The notes below the pieces were generated by a model. It did not search any database. It saw only the letters and a program-made list of their open reading frames with translations, and was not told where the DNA came from. Position numbers and translations under genes: made by a program. This document shows positions 1 to 9,844 of a stretch of DNA of 30,859 nucleotides, one piece after another (the stretch's first letter is position 1; every line of letters starts with the position of its first letter). The DNA comes from Priapulus caudatus (Eukaryota), in the NCBI RefSeq assembly GCF_000485595.1, contig NW_014577077.1:156471-187329 (forward strand), read 5' to 3'.

Positions 1-87
1 TACCTATAGTGTCGTAGCTTCACTACTGTTTACAGCGTCACTCACCGTGATTGGGTTTTATCCCACCGGGCGTGAGCAGAGATATAG

Positions 88-290
88 TGATACGTACGTT
101 CCCCCTCCGCCATGTCGCCAACCGTTCCCGTTGCTTACATTATATAAAGTTATTCCCGTGTTGTTCGTACAATTGGCACTGGAAGTACTGCCGTTGGGAA
201 TTTGGTTGGCATTGGTTTAGTGCCGTTACGGTGATTCTTGCTGGGAATTCACCAATTTTCTCCTGCATACGTTTACATCTAAACAAAATA
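88..290 (-). pseudogene. Decayed LINE (CR1/L2-type) APE endonuclease fragment
   Basis: Manual minus-strand translation across frameshifts gives, in order, NV..KIGEF, ITVTALN and TGITLYNVSNGNGWRHGGGGTYVS. These resemble the N..SL..K.DE, ITETWL and GY..YR.DR..RGGGV.IYV motifs of LINE endonucleases. Motif recognition only. Confidence 0.45.
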
Positions 291-1183
291 ATCGTCACGT
301 TATTGTTAACTTAATTGTCCACTTGGGGCCCGGCGTCAGAAACAAAATACGCCTTAACTTTACGATATTCCTGCCAACAGGCCCTTGATGCAGTGCAACC
401 AAACATATTTCCCATAAGATTCCCTAAACCTGGTTCGCAAACAAGTGGGCATCAGCTATTTGGAATTTTCCTGTAGTGGTTCCTTCCAAAATGTATCGCA
501 GTTTCCCAATTATCGAAAAAAAACATTTCAGCTTCATAGATTTTTAAAAGAAGATGGCGTTTTTGTAACATTAACCTATTTACACTTTTTGACTACTATT
601 TTTACACGCTGTAAAAGTGGGACTGGCGTTCCCCATTGACGACTCTCTGTATTAACCAGCTATATATAGTGTTTATCAGGGTCCAGTTTCTCTTATGCCT
701 CATTTTGGATAACCTCGAATTTTATATCGGACGCTTTCTGTTTCGAAAATTACGTGAATGATTTCACACTATTTAGTGTAGTTAATTTCTGATTACGTTA
801 GCAGCGAGTTACAAAGCCTGCCGGCTACCTCATGCATTCGCACGTCAGGTAGAAGATTTTGACGTGAACTGTGTCTTCTGAAATGTTACAGATGACTACC
901 TGAATTAAATATAGCAGCCGAATTCTGAATTTTCTCTCAGATCGACTCATTGGCTCCCTAATTATAAAAAAAACTCTAAAATTCATAAAAGCGTTATGAA
1001 GATAATTTTTGCCCCAATTGTTGGGAAGATCCGTGACGTTTTAAATATTTAAAAATCTAGTTAGGTCATGCAATGCTTTCAGATCGGCGATAGGTCATTG
1101 ATGCGTGCACAGACGCTGACGGCTAGCATGGATGTCATGGAAAACGAGTTGGGTGGTGAGGCACAGGCTGGTCACGCAGCATA

Positions 1184-1208
1184 CCGGCTATGCCGGGCAG
1201 AATGCTAG
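1184..1208 (+). mobile_element. Possible Helitron 3' terminus
   Basis: GC-rich hairpin CCGGC-TAT-GCCGG (1184-1196) followed 8 nt later by CTAG (1205-1208). The next base is C rather than the usual T, and no 5' end was identified. Confidence 0.35.
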
Positions 1209-1740
1209 CTAACCATAATCTAACAGACATTACACGCAAATATAATTTGTGAGATTTCCCAGGGCAATTGCTGACCGGTTGGTTTCCTCCAGGCTATCGT
1301 TATCTAGATCTATCGGATGGTTTGTAATTTAGACAAGAAGCTGGACTGCCCCCTCTTGAATAGTCCAGCTGAGTGTAGGCCAGATCCGGTACCAATCCTC
1401 TAATGCCGTTCGATCTCGCAGCTAGTCCTAGGGCTCAGACTAAGAAGGGAATTTACATTTAAAATGTGAAAGCGTGGCGTAAGTGTTGCGCAGAGATACG
1501 CATACAGCGTGTATGAAAGTTGAAACAGCACATATGCAGCGTCAAGGATGCGTTACGAACGCAGCTTAAAACCTTTCCAACTGATTCGCATCGAGACTAG
1601 CACACATCTACGACTAGATGCTTCTACTACGTATTAGGACTACTCATCACTACTACGAGTACTATATGAGATTACTCACATGGACACGATCTCATGCAAG
1701 GACACACTAATGTGGTTACTGTCGTAATCGGATTGGAAAA

Positions 1741-2317
1741 GTTGTTTTACTGCATTTGTTTCGACTATTGCGCAGGCTATCCCTATTATGCACACTTCAA
1801 CAGGAGAACGTATGAAAATATGTGACAGGAATAGTGAATATCGAAAAAGAAGACACCATGTCGTGGATGTTGGTGTGAGGCAACAGTAAACTGAATTTTC
1901 ATAAACATGCGTTACGATTTCGATTCATTAACAGTGCGTCCTGCAGGGAGCAAGGAAGAAAGAACGTACCACAGGAGAAAAAAAGCCACGGGGCTTAACT
2001 GGCTGCTCATTATCTACGGAGGCAATAATGAACAAACCGAATTAAATTTTAAAACGGGAAAGGTTCTATTTATAGCGCACGATATGATAATAATATTAAG
2101 GGGAAATGTCACAGAATATGTTTCGGTTAAGTCTTATAACACGGGATATGAGAATTTCACAAGAAATAACGCCGCCAGCGTGTATATTACGACGGAATGT
2201 GGTAATATAAACGTATCTGGAATAAACGCTTTGCATAAATTTCCATTGATTATAAATGAGGAAATATCACACAATCATTTTACTGGAATTCTATTATGGA
2301 ACCATCTGAGACTTTAA
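1741..2317 (+). pseudogene. Decayed LINE ORF2 C-terminal region (CR1/L2 group)
   Basis: VVLLH followed by FDYC (1760-1771), then within ORF 1907-2317: LNWL, IILRGNVTEYV, FTRNN and FTGILLWNHL. This is the same order as the PHFDYC, L.WL, YKI.NG..P.YL, NTR and G..LWNSL motifs at the end of CR1/L2 ORF2. Confidence 0.5.
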
Positions 2318-2686
2318 TGAAAATGCGTGTGTCTCGACTGCGATATACCACTGTAGGTTACGACGTATGCGTTATGACATTGCAAGCACCTCGACAACTG
2401 CGGCCAGACAATGGGTAACGATATAAGGTGCCGACCGTTTAGAGATATGGTGGCATGAGTGATGTAAAATTACAAAAAAATACTTACCACGAGAAACCCA
2501 GGTAACTCATACTGAACGGATAGCAATAACAATATATGTTCCAAGTACACCTAAGTAAGATGGCAATTTGTACAGACACAGAGCAATTGAAATCCCGTAA
2601 GGTAAATATAACGAGATTAAAACTGTGGTGTAATATTTTTTTTTTTTTAATTACGCATATCCCATGTAATAAATTTTAAACCGATA

Positions 2687-2689
<3 letters not shown>

Positions 2690-2751
<62 letters not shown>
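2690..2751. repeat. (TA)n followed by (TG)n microsatellite
   Basis: Directly visible dinucleotide tracts. Confidence 0.95.
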
Positions 2752-3070
2752 CTATTTATACAGCACACAATTTTAGAAATAATTTTTTCATTAACCCAAT
2801 ATTTCCAATGTTTGACACGTACATTATGAGTTACATTTAGACGCTATAGTTTATACTTTTTTATTATGATATTATCAAGAGCGTATAAAGAAGGAGCGCG
2901 TACAGCAGTGAAATGCTGAAACCATGTTGCAGTATTAGTCGAATTAATAAACTTTCCTCGTTTTATTTTGACGATTGCCGATGCCCCTACGCTGAGATAA
3001 TGAGCGGTGAAAATCTGGTATTTTCGCCGAAAACCGACTCGAGATCACTGTTTACTGTGCCTGTCGCTCA

Positions 3071-3313
3071 TAGGGTCTATGTCCCCCAGGGTACTGCCGG
3101 AACGTACCCTGGGTACGGTTCGGTATACCGGAACGTACCCTGGTAACTATTTGATAGGGGTAGGGTTAGGGTTAGGGTTAGGGTTAGGGTTAGGGTTAGG
3201 AAGTAGGCGTAGGCAACTCCCTAGACTCGTTAGTGGAGTAGGCGAGGTACGGTCCGGCATATCAGATAGTACCAGGGTACGTTCCGGCAGTACCCTGGGG
3301 GACATAGACCCTC
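3071..3313. mobile_element. PIF/Harbinger-like MITE (243 bp) with internal telomeric repeats
   Basis: Perfect 41-bp TIRs (3072-3112 and 3272-3312) and a 3-bp duplication TCA (3068-3070 and 3314-3316). TNA-type 3-bp TSDs are typical of PIF/Harbinger. A related copy lies at 9757. Confidence 0.8.
3161..3200 (+). repeat. Interstitial telomere-like (TTAGGG)n tract inside the MITE
   Basis: TAGGG, five perfect TTAGGG units (3166-3195), then TTAGG. Confidence 0.95.
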
Positions 3314-4417
3314 TCAGCGTGACTGTCTCTCTCTTTGAGATAACTTCGGGAAACCTCGCGTGTTTCCGTCAATGATTGACAAATAGAATGAATAACGTCT
3401 GTTATTGATTGCAATAGTGATGACCACACCTGTGCCCACCTCACGCTGGATGTATGGTAAACTATGTAGTACTGACGTGAGTCAGCGCTACCATGGCGCT
3501 ACATTCCACGCCTTCTTTATACGCTCTTGATATTATCCTTGATAGATGACCGAGCATGCGTATAAATCGACATAAATATGATCGAGCTGCAGCATGAATG
3601 TTGTAATAAATACTGCCACCAATAGTAAGCACTCTTGAGAAATAATACATAACCCCAGCATAAGGCCTCTTCAACAAACTACTATAACACGGCCTCAATA
3701 ACAGAGTCACAACTCGCCAAGTACCTCAACATATTATACTGCCTATACTCGTTAAAATGACAAATAAAAATAACAAACCGGATTGAGTAACTATGTTGCT
3801 TTGATCTTCATCCGTGAGTGATAACTTTTAATCGGATAAGCCAGCTCACACGCATGACCTTATCGCGATACGCAGCCACACAATCCACGACTTACTGGAT
3901 TCAATGCAAGTGAGAAGACGTCTTAACAAACAGTTTACTTGCAACTAAACGACACTCTTAATTCATATTCTATCTAACTATAGTACTCTCCAAACTGCGG
4001 ATGTTTCGCTCATTAACCGGTTATATCGGCAAACAGCTCGATATATATATATATCGGTGCACTCGCATAACGATAGTATCCCAGTAAAATTTGCGTTAGT
4101 CAACGAACCAATAGACCGTGCCTACGACTGCTTTTTTAGCCTGTTAGCTATAGCACCCAAGGAAACCCTGTGCTTTCCGCCTTTTCATATCCATATGAGC
4201 ACTTCACTAGTCGACCGCAGTTCCTCCCGATTGATGCACAAGAGTCTTTGATTGGACAAGCCTAACGCACAAACAAAGCAACAATACCGATTACTTCACC
4301 ATTCAAAAGAAGAGGATGGGTGTCATAAACTGGTTCCGTAAGTTGTTGTTGGTATCATCGCTATTGAGAGAAGAAACAGTAACGAGAACGTTTTGCAACG
4401 TTGGTTTTAATTTTCTC

Positions 4418-4859
4418 ACCCCTTTTATACTGGGGGTTATCCCGCTTCATGTCCGGACCTGAAGCGGGATAACGCCCAGTATAAAAGGTCGAAAAATACT
4501 TAGCCCGAGCTAAAGTTATTCCACTCTAGGAGGTGGTTCAGGTCCGCTTCAGACCCGAGCTAACGTCAGTATAAAAGGTATCTTGACTTTAGCTCGCTCT
4601 AAATTCAGTGACCATGACAATTACGCCGGCCTCGCACGCAACAAGAGCGGGCTAAAGTCGTGCGCAGTATAAAACCGTCGCCGACAACCGTTGAGCCACT
4701 AATTACTTCTCTTAGAACAGCGCAATTTGTCCGGAGTGAATGAACCCCCGATTTTTGCGCGAATGACTGTGACTTATCGCGAGACTAACAAGTTATGTCA
4801 TTCAAGCATTTCACAAGAGGCAGTGAGCTAAAAGTCCGTGGTGCAGTATAAAAAGGGGT
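4418..4859. mobile_element. PIF/Harbinger-like MITE (442 bp) with internal palindromes
   Basis: TIRs ACCCCTTTTATACTG (4418-4432) and CAGTATAAAAAGGGGT (4844-4859), differing by one indel. Flanking CTC duplication (4415-4417 and 4860-4862). CAGTATAAAA recurs near 4477, 4567 and 4665, and a 68-bp palindrome spans 4421-4488. Confidence 0.75.
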
Positions 4860-5554
4860 CTCATATACACATATAGATCCTCAAATGCGAGTACCCCAAC
4901 TTTAAGAGAAGCATCGAGCATTGCTACGAGTCATATACAAATATGAGTTGCGGAATTGTGCTCAAGTACGACACGAGTCGCGAGCGGAGTGCGATAGTCG
5001 TCGAGGCGTGCGACCTCTGAAAAATGCGATCGCGCGCGTACATTGTTTTAGCTTTGCGAGAGGACACTTGCTAAGAAGCACTCGCGCGCATTTCTTGATA
5101 ACGTACAAGTTCGGGTCATTACGTGCCACGAGCACAGATTCTTGTTCTAACGAGCACAAGCGTTATCAGCACCAACGCATCTCTTCACGGTAAAACAGCA
5201 AAACAGTTGGCATGGAAGAAGTCATTATACACGGCGTCTACCTCCCTTAGCATAGCAGTAATCTTAAAGTCCGTCTATGCACTGTACGAACCTATATAGC
5301 TTCGAGTTATACTGAGGCATTCATACACGTGCGTCTTTAATATCTGAGTAGAGGTAACTCTGAGTAGCTTCATTTAACTTCGCGATGTTAAGGCCTGTCT
5401 CACCAGATTAGACGCCTAATTCGAGCGAGTTCACTCTGAATAAGGAACATACTCCAAAAATAGGTCAGAGTAGCATCGATCTAAATACGAGGGTGACTTA
5501 GCGAGACAATCTCGCATCTGCCACGTCACGACAACGCAAGCACAAAGACAAACG

Positions 5555-5589
<35 letters not shown>

Positions 5590-5969
5590 CGTGCACTTGC
5601 ACACGCACGCACACACTAATGCACGCACGTGTACGTGCACACGCACGCACGCACGCACGTCTACGTGGACATGCATGCACGCACGCACGCACGTGTACCT
5701 GCACAAACATGCGCGTACCCACGCACGCACACATGCACACACGTGTACCTGCACAAGCACGCACGCACGCACACATGCACACACGTGTACCTGCACAAGC
5801 ACGCACGCACGCACGAACGTGTACCTGCACACGCGCGCACGCACGCACGCATGCACGTGTACGTGCACACACACGGACGCACGCACGCACGCAAGCACGC
5901 ATGCTTGCACGCACGTGTAGGTACACACGCACGCACGCACGCACGCATGCATGCACGTGTACGTGCACA

Positions 5970-6013
<44 letters not shown>

Positions 6014-6020
6014 CACACGC
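5555..6020. repeat. Compound (GCAC)n micro/minisatellite with higher-order units
   Basis: GCAC tracts interspersed with recurring ACGTGTACCTGCAC and ACGTGTACGTGCAC modules. Confidence 0.95.
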
Positions 6021-7846
6021 ATTATAATACTGCATAATGTCACAATTAGAACCTGCAAACGTGTAATATCCCTTATCAGTGATCGTAAACGGGTAAACTG
6101 CGAGTTGAAAAATCATTCATTACATGCAACGTCATACACTAGTTTGAAAAAAATAATTACATTTAATTAATTTGGAACCATATTAAGAAATATGCTTATT
6201 AAAACTGTGTGACTCGAGTGAAAAGCTCAATGACCAAGGAAAATCCATATGAAATTATCTGATAGACGTGAGAATTTTTTGTTGATTGGCAATTTATCAG
6301 CGAGATGTAAATGTCAGAGTTCTTCACGCCGCTGAATACAGTGTCAGTGCCTCCTAATCGATTACCCACCATTAAAACTCTTGACTTTTAAAATTCTAAA
6401 ATGTCTTGAACAAAAATAGTAACCTAGCTTTTTGAGCGCCAAACATTTATTCAATGTGTACTTCATAAAACGTTTATAAAAACCGAGCTACCCATGGTTT
6501 ACTTTCCCAGTTGACGTGTTGGTGATGATTTCGTAGATGTTCATGCATCACGTTGATAGCTTTTGCCTTCATAGCAGACGCCAGATACAGCAAGGGGAGT
6601 TACTAATTTTAAAACACTCTATATAAATAATAGATAACTGCATGCGCCTATAAGTGTATGTTTCCCACTATATACTACTGCTATCACCCACCACAAAACT
6701 TCATAAACTATATATGCGTATCTGCTACAGCGATAAAGTACATACTATAGTTACAGTACATACTTCTTTCCTCAAAAAACGTCACAGCCGCTAAAACCTG
6801 TTTGGACAAAATGATGGCTATTTCATCTTTAATTTACATGAGATTTTTGTGGAGTGATGTCCTTTACAAGCACCCTGAGAGCAATAAATACACGGATGGA
6901 TAAATATTACCTGGTTAAGTGCTTGGAGCTATTTTAAGCATTATATAAAATTTCCCTTATGGGTGCCCCTAATAAACACGGTGTATTCCAGCAAAATCCC
7001 TATGCTAATGGGCGATCCCAAAAATATCCCAAAGCAAAATACATACAGAATAATATGCACTTCTAACTAAAAACCTACGCTACCAGCACATAGTCGGCAA
7101 GCAGACAGAAATAAAAAACGCCAGGAGAATCCCCAGTAGCGATATGGCTTCATGACGTTAACTGCAGACAGCTTTTTATAAATTATTTGGTCTATTCACC
7201 TAGTAAATGAGCGCGCCCCAACCGGCTGCCATCTGTCAGTAGTGAAAACCTGCTGTGAAAAATACGTACAGCGAACCAGGTTAAATCATACACTTTAACA
7301 AATAGCTTTTTGCAATTACTTTAGTTTAAGGGACCGTATAGGAAGTAAATTAAAATGTGTAATTTTAATTTTAATTTAATTTATGTAGATTTGTTACTGT
7401 CGTACATAGGAAGTCCAGCAAATCTATAACTATTTTCCTCACACCAATTTTCATTCACTGCTAACGTTTAGGAACATTTGCGGTGCTGTTATTACCACTA
7501 CAGCATAAATGAAAATAACAGACTTCTTAAGAGGAATCTGCATAAATCAAAGCATGCGTACCATCAATAAGTTTGAAACCTACAGCATAGCAGCTAGGGT
7601 ATGCTTACAATAGACATACACGTATTAATGTAGCAACTATACATATCAGCCGATTTAATGTGCTTCTGTAAAATGAATACTTAAATGGATCATTTTATTG
7701 CGACCTTTACGAAATTATTAGAAATTTGACATAGATATTGTTATGTGATCGCAATATTGAAGGTATAAAAATGAAGAAGGATGTAGGAAAAACAGAATTC
7801 TCACATAAACTGAATCAATTGCAAAGCTTTATGCAGGTGATATATT

Positions 7847-7893
7847 TGTGTGCGTGTGAGTATGCATGAATGCGTGTATAGGAAGTGTGTACA

Positions 7894-7925
<32 letters not shown>

Positions 7926-7938
7926 TGAGTGCGTGTGA
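7847..7938. repeat. (GTGC)n/(GT)n microsatellite
   Basis: Directly visible, imperfect at the edges. Confidence 0.9.
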
Positions 7939-8074
7939 AAGTGTAATGTTGTCCGCGCACGCACTCATGCACACGCGTAAACGTACGCACTACGCACACT
8001 CTGTTTGCAAAGCTTTTCTACACAATGTTCATACTATCATTTCTCAACGCACGCAAGCAATGCAGCACATGCAA

Positions 8075-8085
8075 ACACACACACA

Positions 8086-8121
<36 letters not shown>

Positions 8122-8130
8122 CACACATGC
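8075..8130. repeat. (AC)n/(GCAC)n microsatellite
   Basis: Directly visible. Confidence 0.9.
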
Positions 8131-8199
8131 GCCATGCAAGATATACAGTGTATAGTTTAATTATAGTGCGATTACATAGAATGTGAAATATACTCTAGG

Positions 8200-8520
8200 T
8201 TCAGATGGGAGGGTTCTATATGAAACATGCTATAATTTCGTGTGTGATCAGTCAGTCCAGTCGCTCCAATATATATATGCATGGCAGAGGACGGCCACGG
8301 CGTTCTCATACTGGGAAATATATGGCCCAAAATGAGCTTGGTCAATTAACATGCTAGATATCAACAACTTTCGATGGCTACTAAAAAACTCCACCTTTGG
8401 TCCTTCATAAAATATGATGATTTTCCTACAAAGATAAACACAGTTGTGCTTTCGCGTGTAATTTCGGACAAACATGGTGTCGCGTGTATTGGGACGCTCA
8501 TATTCCGAACTCTCTTATTG
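8200..8520 (+). pseudogene. Possible decayed LINE endonuclease fragment
   Basis: DGRVLY, VLILGNI (8302-8322), ELGQL and ISDKHGV (8461-8481) occur in the order expected for GGGV.IY, I..GDFN, L.Q and SDH. Each match is weak. Confidence 0.25.
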
Positions 8521-8723
8521 CACTCTTCACATCAAGAATCTGAAGTACTGAAAAATACGAGCTAGCTTATGGATGAGTCATGGTATATTTAATACCAGCA
8601 TCTTGATCAGAATTCAGGTGTACATTACACCAATCGGGTGAACTAGAGCTCTATACCAAATATTTACGCTACTAATCATACAAGCATCTAATCAAGACTC
8701 AAAACAGCACATACATGGAATAC

Positions 8724-9040
8724 CAGAGATGCCAACACATATTTGAAGCAATCTGTAGTTTCTGGCCATGAAATTAGTAGTTCGAGGGTCACGTAGTGAC
8801 CAGAGTTTGCTAGGGGGATCCGGCATACCCCCCGGAAAATTTTGATTCTGAGATGCAATTTCCTGCATTCTGAGGGTCAAAAATGACAATAAATTGACAA
8901 AAAATGACAATAATTGACAAAAACAATCATTTTTTTCGATCACAGTGAAATTCGTAGTTTGATACAAACTCGTCGTAGTGGTGCAAAAGGAATAGAAATT
9001 CGTATAAAATACGGATAAATCGTAATGGTTGGCATCTCTG
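8724..9040. mobile_element. Non-autonomous TIR DNA transposon (hAT-like) with 6-bp TSD, 317 bp
   Basis: Perfect 13-bp TIRs CAGAGATGCCAAC (8724-8736) and GTTGGCATCTCTG (9028-9040). TSD GAATAC (8718-8723 and 9041-9046). Internal tandem duplication of AAAAATGACAATAA(A)TTGAC near 8879-8918. Confidence 0.85.
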
Positions 9041-9714
9041 GAATACACATGCTACATCAGCAGTAAGTACATCGAACTCAAGCGCCTGCACGTGTTTAAG
9101 CCTTCATAAATCCAACTGTGCATGTAGATCATTTCTGGATATTACTGCACTTAATAACTCCAGGGGATAACTCGTATATACGACCATGTAAAGGTGTAAA
9201 CATATAGACGTCACGGCTTAAGCCCCGTAGAAAATTGAAAAGGGCGTGCAGAGTTCAGTCGATATTTCGCCGACCCCCGTACCACTCACGTACGAAGTTC
9301 ATATAAAGGGGTCATGGAAATCCATGCAACAATAAGTTCATCTACAGACGGGTCAGGAAAAAACACATATCGACTCGAGTTAGGAAAACTATACCATATA
9401 TTGATTAATTGTCGGCTTCGTTGCAGCCTTTGTGCCTTATACTATTTGTCGAAATTGGATGATATTTCAATTGTGAGAAGGTATTTATCGCTCACTTTTT
9501 GGCATGGAAGCACCTTCAACATACATTTACCTAGCTCCAAGAAACGGTATTGCTAGGGTTAGAATATTGGTGTATTGACGTTAGTCACACAGCCTGGTCG
9601 GGTTAACATTTACCTAGACACAAGACTGAATTTCGATATGAAAACAATGGACTCGGCTTCTTACCGTTATAAATATCGCGTGTATATTGTACCAACCATA
9701 GTGCAAATACTACT

Positions 9715-9740
9715 TACCAAGAGCGTATAAAGGAGGAATG
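9715..9740. mobile_element. Solo degenerate terminus of the TATCAAGAGCG element family
   Basis: TACCAAGAGCGTATAAAGGAGGAATG matches the reverse complement of the right end of element 2867-3537 (TATCAAGAGCGTATAAAGAAGGCGTGGAATG). No partner end found. Confidence 0.6.
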
Positions 9741-9756
9741 TACTTACTAATGCTGA

Positions 9757-9813
9757 GAGGGTCTATGTCCCCCAGGGTACTACCGGAACGTACCCTGGGG
9801 GACATAGACCCTA
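9757..9813. mobile_element. 57-bp hairpin deletion derivative of the 3071-3313 Harbinger-like MITE, in opposite orientation
   Basis: Perfect 23-bp arms (9758-9780 and 9790-9812) with a 9-nt loop. TGA duplication at 9754-9756 and 9814-9816. Confidence 0.85.
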
Positions 9814-9844
9814 TGAGCCTTACGCATATAACACATTCCGTGCA

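Larger units (their letters stand above)
2867..3537. mobile_element. Non-autonomous DNA element with 22-bp perfect inverted termini (Crypton-like or MULE-like); hosts a nested MITE
   Basis: TATCAAGAGCGTATAAAGAAGG (2873-2894) and its exact reverse complement (3511-3532). The direct repeat TGATATTATC at 2867-2876 and 3528-3537 overlaps both ends. Related termini occur at 9715, 15907, 16034, 16536 and 16581. Confidence 0.7.

Noticed and set aside
3161..3200. True telomere or chromosome-fusion scar
   Set aside because: Only about six units in one orientation, enclosed within the TIRs of a MITE.
3007..3375. 122-aa ORF with a GLGLGL run
   Set aside because: It reads through the MITE, and the GL run is the TTAGGG tract.
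4890..5105. CpG-rich segment that might be a MITE
   Set aside because: No convincing TIR pair or TSD could be defined.
5431..6170. Long overlapping ORFs (HART/CVRA-rich); likewise those at 12326-12876, 15522-15827, 16720-17209, 22588-23247 and 29890-30385
   Set aside because: They are stop-free translations of (GCAC)n, (CA)n and (GA)n microsatellites, open in several frames at once.
6865..6951. L2/SINE-like 3' tail (AAGTGCTTGGAG...AAGCATTATATAAAA)
   Set aside because: Only a loose resemblance, with no head, TSD or second copy in the window.
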